The position numbers and the translations under genes are program-made. A stretch of 64,000 nt of DNA from Stegostoma tigrinum. Lineage: Eukaryota. The notes beneath the pieces are model-generated. The model had not been told where the DNA came from. It made no database searches and saw only the letters and a list, made by a program, of their open reading frames with translations. Below, piece by piece: positions 1 to 10,885 of this stretch. How positions within the stretch are numbered: position 1 is the first letter of the stretch; each line of letters begins with the position of its first letter. The stretch spans positions 20,668,629 through 20,732,628 of the forward strand of contig NC_081391.1 of assembly GCF_030684315.1 (NCBI RefSeq), in the 5' to 3' direction.

Positions 1-200
1 GTGTGGTGCATTTGGAATGAGCTGCGAGAGGAACTGGTGGAGGCTGGTACAGTTAACAACAGGAGATGGTACTTGGCTGTGTCTCTGAAGAGTAAGTGTT
101 CAGAATAATATGGGCAAATACTCATGAATGGGACCAGACTGGTTTTGTATATCTGGTGGACACTGTTGAATGGGACTAAATAGTGAGTTTCCATAATGAC
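1..200 (+). mobile_element. CR1/HER1-type LINE 3' end fragment
   Basis: gtggtgcatttggaatgagctgcgagaggaactggtggaggctggtaca... typical CR1-clade 3' end. Mirror at about 56975-57360. Confidence 0.6.
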
Positions 201-2779
201 TATTCGTCCAACTGAGGAATGGAGTGCGCATCTGAGGGTTTACTCTAACAAGCTGGTGGCTGAGCCCCAACATTACATTTTCTTCATAAAGTTCGAGGAC
301 TAAAGGAGGGGAACAGGAACTTCACAAAAGAAACACTATTTTCCATCTACCTGTCGCCTGCAGGAATGAAAGCCCACCTTAAGGGGCTCTGTTAGACATA
401 TGACAAAACAGGAGAGATCCCAACAGAAAGTTTTAGAGTCCCTTCCAAACAAAAGGATGGAAAGCAACAAAAAAACAATTATCAGTCGACGACTGCCACT
501 GTGTCAGGATCAGGTCTTGAAAAGTAGGAATTTATTTTATTTCAGAGGCTCAGCTTCTACATGAGCAGGAATGGCAGGGAGCTAACCTCCTTCTCACTCT
601 GGGGCCTGCAGAATTTGTAAGAATAACATCCTCTGGCATTTCTGATGATGGTAAGGGTTGTGCTGACATTGAGATGTCCAATTGTGGGAGATATAGCTTG
701 AGTTCATGTCATGCAGCCAATAGCCAGGGCAAGTGTTTGATCGGTGCAAAGGGAGATGTTGAAGAGCAGGTATGAAAAGTGAATTCACTGAAGCCAATCT
801 ATGTGGAAAAGTTTGAACTCAGTGTTATCTGTACATCCATCGTTTCCTCATAAAGGATCCTCTTGAACAAACACAAAGAATTGATGGCCAGCTGGGTAAA
901 AGAAGCAACTGTAAAACAATGACGACAAGCCAGTAGCATCTGCCAGTGCTTGACTGTGGAACAATTATTCCAATCCTTGAGTCAGATGTGGCTCATCTCA
1001 CCCACCAAAGCACAGTCCATTCTTTCAAAATACATCCAGGTTGTGTTGTACGGGAGCAGATTGAGTTCAAATCTGTCAAAGTCCAATCGCCCAGCAAAGC
1101 CCAAATTGTCACAACCCCGTGCGAAGAAGGGCCAAGGAGGAAACAATGCCAAATGAGCTTGGAACAGTGTGTCAGGCAGGATCGATTCCAACAACAGAAG
1201 GATAGCTTCAGTGAGAAACTGCCAATATATTTACATCTTGTAGATACCATTCGCAGAACAAATACACTTTAGCAAAACGAAAATCTTCTTCAACTGATGA
1301 CAGTAGCAAGGAATTATGGTCTTGTTTTCAACCGTATAAAAGATCAAATAAATTTGAGCCAAATCAATTTATTTTGTTGAATCTCCTGATCAGATGATAT
1401 TGAACTTCATTCTGCAAAATAAAACATAAATGAGATGCCGATGTCAGATAGAAATTACTGACAGAGGTGTCTCAATTTCTTAAGCTTTCTCTACCCACAT
1501 GCTCGGAACCTTGCACCCGCTCAGGAGTTCTCTACAAAAACATGAGATAAGGCGATTAACCAGTCAGTGTGTCCTTCAACATTGTATTATGAACTTCCTG
1601 CAGTGTATTTATTTGGATATCAACTTGAGAAGAACGTGGCTATCTGTGGTTGATGTTACACAGACAACCAGGGAGTAAGCCAGGAACACCACCTATTCCC
1701 ACAGAGCCAGGCACCACAGTCATTCATCAAAGTCTCTGGTGACCATTGAATGACCATGCGATGTGCATTAGTTTAGAAAAAACCCTTTGTGACCATGGGT
1801 CATTCCCTGCAGCTCAGGTCCATTCTGACCAAGATATTTGTCAATCACCAGATACATTTTCTGTTCAAATGGATGAAAAGTGTCTGTCCCAAGAGGGCTG
1901 TGTGTGGAAGATGATTGGTGGATTCTGATGTCAATCCCATCTGGCCCGTTAAATCTAAAGGAACACATCTCATCACCTGTTCCAGGACCAAACTGCTCAG
2001 AGTTACAGTATGAAGCAACATGGAAACAGACGGTTTGCTCTAACTCATCCATGCTAACCAGGTACCTCAAACTGAACCAGCGACATTGGCCTGCATTTGG
2101 CTCATATCTTTTGTTGAGGGCCAGACCAAACCTCCTCCAAAGACATTAAGAGTGTCATTTTTTATTTTTAAATGTAAGTGACAGTCATTGTGTTCCAGAT
2201 ACAATTTGATTGATCAAACTATTAACTTCAGACAAAGCATGCTTTATTTTTATAGTACAGTTGAAGTACAGACGAAACAAAATGGAAAGTATTGGCTTAC
2301 CTCTCGAATTGCTGAACAGAATAGTAGACACATTAACTATTATTAATTGACTGTTCCAACACAGTGACATCCTGTAAACACACCCTTGGCAAAGGCAGAT
2401 TCAGTGAAATAGATTGACTCACATGCAATTCTAACAGCCGGAGTCCCAGATTGTAGCTATAACAGAGAGAGGAATAAAAGATCCCGTGGCCAGCTCGAAG
2501 ACCTCAGCCACTGCTGAAATTTAAAACTAAAAATCCTGTTTCAGTGGGTGCTTAACTAAACACTCACCACCTTCACCATCACCAAAACCCCCTCCCACAA
2601 TTCCCCACTTACCCACTCCCCCAAGCAACTCGACTCAGATCGCTTTGAATGTTCGAACAGCAATAAAAAGCCTCAATGCCACACAAGTTACTTTCTTGAC
2701 TTTGAGCGATGCGCTCTCCACCTCTGTCACCAGCTTTCTCCATTTGAAACTAAAGGCAAAATACACCTCTTCAAGCCGT

Positions 2780-2925
2780 TGTTTTGTCACACCTTCTACA
2801 CCCTTCCTATTCATGTTCCTGTCCAAATTGCTTTTAAACGTCTCTACGAGGTCCTCCGACAGTTCATTCCAAACATGCACCACCCTCTGCATGAAAAACC
2901 TGCCCCTCCGGTCCCTTTTCAATCT
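2780..2925 (-). mobile_element. CR1-type LINE fragment upstream of the ferritin promoter
   Basis: Translates KRDRRGRFFMQRVVHVWNELSEDLVETFKSNLDRNMNRK, a CR1 ORF2 C-terminus. Paralogs at about 20300-20440, 31935-32070, 35785-35910, 54248-54390. Confidence 0.65.
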
Positions 2926-3279
2926 TCTAGAACGAAGCTAATTGTAAACACTTGGGGTATCGGTGAAACATTTGAGGCAAAAGAATCATCTTTGTTCAGA
3001 TGGTGGAAATCTGCTTCACTCAAGGTAACATTTTTAATCACTTCATCCCTGTCCCAGAATAGACACTTTTTGAGCAACCTGTTCAGGAGGCAGTGGCACC
3101 TGACACCAGTGTCCTCAGAACCAGAGGCATGGACACTGCCACCCCACATATCTATTTACAAACGACCAGCTCGATTGGCCTGCATTGAAAAAACTATCAC
3201 TGCAAAAGCACTTGCTTCATCAAGAATAATTTGCCAAACCTCTGTCTCTGTCTCAGCATTGTCCCCATAACAACCTTTC

Positions 3280-3400
3280 CCTTTTCATTGGTGCCTAGAT
3301 TGATGGGACATTCCTGATTGGATGTTAGGAATTGTCAGTAATCAGTGGTAATGTCATTCACTGGTTGAGTGCAGGATGTTCCCAGGAGTTATAAATACAA
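3280..3400 (+). promoter_or_regulatory. Ferritin core promoter (inverted CCAAT boxes + TATA)
   Basis: ATTGG twice (about 3287 and 3317) and TATAAATA at 3390-3397, about 70 nt before the ATG. The block is conserved in front of every copy. Confidence 0.7.
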
Positions 3401-3464
3401 AAGTTTGTAGTAGAGCGATTTAGTTTTTGTTTGGTCTGGGTAACAGTGAGCAGGAATAGTGAGG

Positions 3465-6295
3465 ATGTCCTCCCAAGTCTGCCAGAACTACCACAAGGAC
3501 TGTGAGGATGCTGTTAACAAGCAGATCAACCTGGAGCTCTATTCCTCTTATGTCTACCTCTTTATGGTGAGGCTTGAGCGTTCACTCTTTCTCCTTGCTT
3601 GCTTTAGGTCACCGTTTTGCCCCCTCCACTGACCCCACTCCCACCACACAAGAAAAGGCAATTAGGGGTGGGCTATATGTTAGTGCTGTCCATGTCCCAT
3701 GTGTTTCCTTGTTGTCTTTTTCATTGTATCTGGGGTGGATACAGTTTCTTTTGAAGTTGACTTTTGAATGTTTCTTCCCTCTACCAAATGCCTCTCCACT
3801 CAACTGATTAAGGAACTTTTGTTTGTCTTAGTAAGGAACTAGCTACTTTGCATTCTCTTTCTTGGGTTTTATTCTTAAGTGTTTTACATTGGGATAAAAT
3901 CCAAGGATTCTTGGAGGATGATTTTTCATGTTGTAAGAACCTGTTCCATTTCTATGCCACAGCAGTTATGCTGCTTGGCCTGCTGTGTTCATCTAGCTTC
4001 ACACTTTATTATCTTGGCTTCTCCAGCATCTGCAGTTCCCACTATCTCACTTCAAGTGAAGTGGCTGACTCTCAAATGAAGCAGTCACTGAGTCCTCCTG
4101 CCTGTTTCTGAAGGGGGATAACCCTGCTGTGTTTCATTAACACTTCATCCTTCAATGATGATGTCTTACATTATTATCCCAATGGCAGGGGATGTTCTCC
4201 CAACTGATGGAAGGCATTACTTTCACCCTTTTGGTGACAAGGTCTCCTGATTACATCCCTTCAGCTGAGTCCTGAAACAAATCTGGGTTCCCTGTTAAAA
4301 TGGAAGTTGGTCTCTTGACTTTGCTCATGATATTCTGAGGAAGCAATGGCTATTGAACAGTTTTTTTCCAAGTTGCAACTCAGCTCCTACTTGCACACAC
4401 ATGGGTCTCATAGGCAAAGTGGGAACAACCTGTGTTAAAATGGAGGTCACATTTGGAGAAGACCTTGAGTCTAGGGGGCAGTCATCTCCTCGGGCTGGTT
4501 GAGTTGACAGATGTCACATGATCCCCTGTAGATGTGCTCACTGCCCTTACAAAGATTGTGGCTGTTTTGTTTGCATTCTGCACTTGTCCTGTGGCTAACC
4601 AATAACTGCCTCATAGTATCCACTTCTGATAGAAGCCAACAGACACCTAATTGGAGTTGGAGAACCAAATGAAGCCTCTCATCAGTCAAGAACTGTCTCT
4701 TGTATTTCTAAACTATGATCTCTAGTTCTGAACTGTATTCCCAGCCCAATGTGTACCCAGATTGCAAGTCCTGAATGTCTAGACATATTTTCTCTTTTTT
4801 GTCTAGTCTGGGGGGGTGCGGGGGGGGATTAAAAAACTCTCTCTCTTGCTGAAGTTTGACTGGATGCGATCTGGAGTTTGCCGGACTCTATCACTATCAC
4901 TTTCTCCTCTTCTCCTAGTCCTTCCACTTTGACCGGGATGATGTTGCCCTGCATCACTTTGCTGCGTTCTTAGGGGAGCAGTCCCATGAGGAGCGGGAAC
5001 ACGCTGAGAAACTGATGGCTTTCCAGAATAAACGTGGAGGTCGAGTTCTCCTGCAGGACATCAAGGTTGGTGTATCCCCCTACATTACACCTACCTGAAC
5101 TAGACATGGATATGAAGCTTGAAATCTGGGGTAATACCAAAAGGTTACATGGTGCGCACTCTTCTCTAGTTTAGTTGCAGCTCACTGCATTGCACTTCCC
5201 TTCAATTTTCACACGAGTGAAGCATCTGTCTCTTCCCTCTCTCCAGAAGCCAGAGCAGGATGAATGGGGCAGTGGTCTGAAGGCAATGCAGAGAGCTCTG
5301 CAGATGGAGAAGGATGTGAACCAGAGTCTGCTGGATCTACACAAACTCTCCTCTGGCAACACTGACCCTCATGTGAGTTTCTAATGTGGGTTTTTTGAAA
5401 GCCTCAGCTGTAGAATTCCTCTGCATTGAGGATCAGTTTTTAATCTGGTAACAAAGGCATGTTGACTGACAGGACACTGGCTAAAGCATTTTCTTGGGCT
5501 GTTAGGCTCTTGAATTGCACGTGTACAGCAATTCATCCTGCCGCAACACCTCCACTCTGGGAGGGTATTTCCTTCAATTTGAAAGAGGGAAGGCAGAAGT
5601 ACTGAGCTGGCTTGTCAGGCCTTGGGATTTTTCAAGGCCTCATTGGTGTGGCCAAATCTCGGGGTTCTGATTTTACAGCAACATCAGAAGCATTTGTCTC
5701 AAAGAAATGGAAGCTTCACTGCTTCCTGGCTGATTCTCTAGCTTTGCTTTCCCCTCTAAGGAAACTGCATGTGAGAATCTGTCTGTATGTTCCCACTTTA
5801 GGCAAGGGGTATGTGTGGGATTATTGTATTGCAACAGTTACTTGTTAGAAATTAGAGACAATTGTTCATTGTCTTAAATTCTTTTGGCTGTAGTTGACCC
5901 ACAACATAACATTCCCACTGACCAGGTGCATTGTATCCAAAACAGCCTGCATCTGTGTTTAAATGAAGTCCCAGTCGGGGCTAAATAAAATATTGGGGAA
6001 GGGGGTTGTGGTTCTGATCGCAAATCCTCTGCATGAGGACTGCATCAGTATCAAACTCCATTGTTCCAGTTCACAGATTGAAAGGTCAATCTGTTGGGGG
6101 AAACTGGTCTTGTTTAAATTCTCTCCTCTTTCTGGTCAGCTGTGTGACTTCCTGGAGAGGCACTACCTGGATGAGCAAGTGAAGATGATCAAGAAGCTGG
6201 GAGATCACATCACCAACCTGAAGAGACTGGGAGCCCCTGACAATGGCATGGGAGAGTACCTGTTTGACAGGCTCACCTTGGGGGACAGTGACTGA
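3465..6295 (+). CDS. Ferritin heavy-chain-like (H/M-type) gene A, 4 exons, 176 aa, apparently intact
   Basis: Exons 3465-3566 ([34 protein letters not shown]), 4919-5065 ([49 protein letters not shown]), 5247-5372 ([42 protein letters not shown]), 6140-6295 ([51 protein letters not shown]). All introns are GT-AG phase 0 at the vertebrate ferritin positions. AATAAA at 6397-6402. Confidence 0.95.
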
Positions 6296-8292
6296 ACTGC
6301 CAGCAGGGAACAAGCTTGTTGTCATGTGTCTGAATGTGAGACCTGTAAAGACTTCTCCTTTTTGTAGAAGCAGCTCCTTGTCCTGTACCAAGTGTAAATA
6401 AACTGCTCAAGGATTGTGTCTTGACTCCCTTTGGTTAACCCTTGTTGTGAGCTGTGCTACAGCTTGATCCTGTTTTGGTTCCGTTGCTGATGGGAACACT
6501 CTCCCTACTGGGCTGTGGGTTTTGCTGTCTGTCTAGACCAGTCAATTTCCTGGACCAGGTTGACTTTGAGACAGTGAGCTGCTTCCTGGAGCCATTCTAC
6601 GATATTCTGTGAGAACCCACAACATTCTTTGAAGGAATTAGCACTGTCCCAGGAACAGTGAAGGGTCAGGTATGGCTCATGGACCTATCCTTCTTGGCAA
6701 AAGCTCCAACTGAGCAGATGGTTGGAAGAACTCAGGAGAAACAAGGGTTTATTGTGAAAGATGGAATTACAGTAACTTAAGCATAACCAATAAATCCAAG
6801 CACTTCTAGCTGTGAACAGAATAACTTTCAAGGTTGTGCTTGTGGGCATTTGCTTTCAATGCTTGTTTCTACAAGCTGTTCAGTATTACAATCAAAAGGA
6901 GCAGGGCAATCTTGTACCCATGCCTCCCTGACAAGGGGTAGTCACTCTACCACTCCAACACCAGGGGCTTTTCAAGCACATCATGCTGAGTGCATGTCTG
7001 AGGGAGAGCAAATCTGACACTCCCCTGGTTGAAACTTTCCTGGTTATTCAAATTTCAGTTCTAGCTCTCTTCCTGGGGAGCATTGACAACTGAAGGCTGA
7101 GGGTAGCGTTAAACAGGTCCTTTGAAGGTGTGGAGGGAAACATTTGGGATGTTTTCCCTTCATTTGTCAGTGCAGGTTTAGGGTTGCCATGTTCTAACTC
7201 TCAGGCTGCGGTGAGGTCCCTTTGGGAATATGGCATTCAGGTCCGTGATCATCTTGCTGCAGTCACTGTGTTTGTGTTTTTCTGAAACCTCAAGGTTCAG
7301 GAAAATGACGTGTGAGGTCACAGTAAGCCGTGGCGAACCTCCTTGGACTGTCAGAGGCTGAAGGGGGGTACATGGGCAGAGTAAATATCTGAAGACTAAC
7401 ATTCCAGGGTTGGGGCAAGCTGAGGGCATAGTTGACAGGTGAGAGAGAGGAGAGCCTTAAAGAGGATTTTGGGACAACCTTCCACCCAGGGTGGTGAATC
7501 TGGAATGAGCTGCTGTTGGAGGCCGGTCCAGCCCCAAAATAGAGAAGGCACTGGCCTCGCTACAAGAATCGTAGTCCAACAGAGGTATTTTCATTGCATC
7601 AAAACGTTTATTCTAATATATTTGTGGTTGAACCAAACAATGTATGCTCTTCAAAAAGTTCAACAATTCAAGGAGGGGGACATAAACCATTCTAATATAA
7701 ATGGTTTTTTTTTTCCACATGGCTATCCTCTGCAAGCAAAAAACCCATCCTCCAATGCAGTTGGTCAAAGGGCTGGAACAACTAACAAAACAGGAGAGAC
7801 GCCAACAGAAATATCAAAATGTCTCCCTCAAAACCAAAATGAGTGAATGCAAATCCACAACCAAGGATTAACAAACCACTGACGGTCTGTCAGGGTCAGG
7901 TCCTGGAAGGCAATCTTTATTTTAATTTTCAAGATCAGCTGCTAACTGAGCTGGAATAGCAGGAAGCAAAGCTTGTTCTAGCAGTGGGTACTGCAAAAGT
8001 CATGGGAAGAATAACATTCTCTGGCATTTCTCATGATGATGGCGAGGGTTCTGCTGACATTCAGACTTCAGATGCTCCGTTTTGGGAGACACAGCTTGAG
8101 TTCATGTTGTACTGCCAACGGCCGGGGGAAATGCCTATCATTTCACAGGTAGATGTAGAAGCTAAGGTATGAAGTGATTTCACAGAAGCCAATCCATGTG
8201 GAAAGCTTATGAACACCATGTAATCTGTCATCCATCATTTCCTTGTAAAGGACCCTTCTAAGCAAACACAAAGAATGATCCCTTGATGCCCA

Positions 8293-10020
8293 GTGATAGT
8301 GGGAACTGCAGATGCTGCAGAATCCAAGATAATGAAATGTGAGGCTGGATGAACACAGCAGGCCAAGCAGCATCTCAGGAGCACAAAAGCTGACGTTTCG
8401 GGCCTAGACCCTTCATCAGAGAGGGGGATGGGGTGAGGGTTGTGGAATAAATAGGGAGAGAGGGGGGATGTGGACCGAAGATGGAGAGAAAAGAAGATAG
8501 GTGGAGAGGAAAGTATAGGTGGGGAGGTAGGGAGGGGATAGGTCAGTCCAGGGAAGACAGACAGGTCAAGGAGGTGGGATGAGGTTAGTAGGTAGATGGG
8601 GGTGCGGCTTGGGGTGGGAGGAAGGGATGGGTGAGAGGAAGAACAGGTTAGGGAGGCAGAGACAGGTTGGACTGGTTTTGGGATGCAGTGGGTGGAGGGG
8701 AAGAGCTGGGCTGGTTGTGTGATGCAGTGGGGGGAGGGAACGAACTGGGCTGGTTTTGGGATGCAGTGGGGGAAGGGGAGATTTTGAAGCTGGTGAAGTC
8801 CACATTGATACCATGTGGCTGCAGGGTTCCCAAGCGGAATATGAGTTGCTGTTCCTGCAACCTTTGGGTGGCATCATTGTGGCACTGCAAGAGGTCCATG
8901 ATGGACATGTCATCTAAAGAATAGGAGGGGGAGTGGAAATGGTTTGCGACTGGGAGGTGCAGTTGTTTATTGCGAACCGAGCGGAGGTGTTCTGCAAAGC
9001 GGTCCCCAAGCCTCCGCTTGGTTTCCCCAATGTAGAGGATGCCACACCGGGTACAGTGGATGCAGTATACCACATTGGCAGATGTGCAGGTGAACCTCTG
9101 CTTAATGTGAAAAGTCATCTTGCGGCCTGGGATAGGGGTGAGGGAGGAGGTGTGGGGGCAAGTGTAGCATTTCCTGCGGTTGCAGGGGAAGGTGCCGGGT
9201 GTGGTGGGGTTGGAGGGCAGTGTGGAGCGAACAAGGGAGTCACGGAGAGCGTGGTCTCTCCGGAAAGCAGACAGGGTTGGGGATGGAAAATTGTCTTGGG
9301 CGGTGGGGTCGGATTGTAGATGGCGGAAGTGTCGGAGGATGATGCGTTGTATCCGGAGGTTGGTGGGGTGGTATGTGAGAACAAGGGGGATCCTCTTTGG
9401 GCAGTTGTGGCAGGGGCGGGGTGTGAGGGATGTGTTGCAAGAAATATGGGAGACGCAGTCAAGGGCGTTCTCGACCACTGTGGGGGGAAAGTTGCGGTCC
9501 TTGAAGAACTTGGACATCTGGGATGTGCGGGAGTGGAATGCCTCATCGTGGGAGCAGATGCGGCGGAGGCTGAGGAATTGGGAATAGGGGATGGAATTTT
9601 TGCAGGAGGGTAGGTGGGAGGAGGTGTATTCTAGGTAGTTGTGGGAGTCGGTGGGCTTGAAACGGACGTCAGTTACAAGCTGGTTGCCTGAGATGGAGAC
9701 TGAGAGGTCTAGGAAGGTGAGGGATGTGCTGCAGATGGCCCAGGTGAACTGAAGGTTGGGGTGGAAGGTGTAGGTCAAGTGGATGAACTGTTCGAGCTCC
9801 TCTGGGGAGCAAGAGGCGGCGCCGATACAGTCATCAATGTAACGGAGGAAGAGGTGGCGTTTGGGGCCTGCGTAGGTGCGGAAGAGGGACTGTTCCACGT
9901 AACCTACAAAGAGGCAGGCATAGCTAGGCTTCACCAGCTTCAAAATCTCCCCTTCCCCCACTGCATCCCAAAACCAGCCCAGTTCGTCCCCTCCCCCTAC
10001 TGCACCACACAACCAGCCCA
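8293..10020 (-). mobile_element. Penelope-like retroelement (Neptune-type), 5'-truncated, with a short inverted 5' piece
   Basis: ORF 8648..about 9925 with RT motif (SYACLFVGYVEQ...LRYIDD), Cys-rich linker (CNRRKCYTC) and GIY-YIG endonuclease ([30 protein letters not shown]). Pyrimidine-rich tail. 9929-10020 is an inverted copy of the 3' region. Confidence 0.92.
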
Positions 10021-10102
10021 TCACATCACCAACCTGAAGAGACTGGGAGCCCCTGACAATCTCATGGGAGGGCACCTGTTTGACAGGCTCTCACTCAGCT
10101 GA
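10021..10102 (+). pseudogene. Ferritin exon-4 3' fragment fused to a Penelope-like element
   Basis: [26 protein letters not shown] directly abuts the PLE. It and its 3' flank resemble the LTLS-type gene at 62.6 kb. Confidence 0.88.
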
Positions 10103-10885
10103 TGAGCTTTGGAACCATTTTCCAATTTTCTCACTGGATAATGAAATAAATTTCAGTCCAACTGACTTGCTTCTGTATAGCTCATTACATGTAGAATGAT
10201 CGAGATCAAAGATTGCTAGCTGTATGAACTGATCTTGTGAAAAATGTCATGTGTTATTGGTATGCTTCACTGCGTTCCAATGTTATCCAGTGTTAGTGAC
10301 CTCTCCAGGCTACACTTGAGCTGCATGGGGTTTTGGGCTGTGGAGGTGGGGGGATGTGGAGTGACAGTTGCCAATTCAGAGTTGGCTGCTTTCGGGGGGG
10401 CTCCTTTGATTTTAATGTCATGTACTCTCAATCCTGATCCGTATCAACACTGCTTAACATATGGCATTTGGAAACACCATTACTGAGCTACAGCATGCAA
10501 TTAGAAAGGGGATAAAACTTCGACTTGCTTTCAGTAAGACGAAAGCTACTTCAGCACCTGCCATCAAACACACTGAGGATAATGACATTGCAAGGCAAGC
10601 TGCCTTGTAGTTCAACCTGCAGACGTTCTACAGAAAGTCAAGTAGTCTTTACCCTTTTGAGCAGAAAGTAAAGCATTCTTGATACTATTCTCAACTAGTG
10701 TCAGATCAATTTCTTCTGTTTTATTTTCATTTGTCTTCATCAGCAAGAATGTTTCCCATTCCGTGCAGGGATAAAACGATTACGCTGCTGTGTGTAACAG
10801 AATGCAACGTATGCTTCAGTTCTCCAGGTAGGTTCATGGTATTCATTCACCTTGCCTCAAAGAAACGAGAATCACTGTAGAGGAA

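Noticed and set aside
2779-3270. 163-aa ORF conserved upstream of ferritin promoters
   Set aside because: Composite of antisense CR1 and SINE fragments; frameshifted in the paralogs at 31.5-32, 35.4-35.8 and 53.9-54.4 kb.
3436-3460. CAGTGA in the 5' UTR as a functional iron-responsive element
   Set aside because: No bulged C five bases upstream, and the flanks (ggtaa / gcagg) do not pair; at best a remnant.
6086-6391. Recurrent ORF ...[32 protein letters not shown]... (also 15958, 30231, 50778, 58383)
   Set aside because: Antisense frame of ferritin exon 4; it recurs because the exon does.
8667-9613. Several overlapping plus-strand ORFs (8667..8924, 8933..9319, 9180..9587, 9320..9613) and their mirrors
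   Set aside because: Antisense shadows of the C-rich Penelope ORF.
8648-10075. 475-aa ORF as a complete autonomous retrotransposon protein
   Set aside because: The N-terminal roughly 50 codons come from antisense ferritin and the inverted tail piece; the RT lacks its N-terminal motifs.
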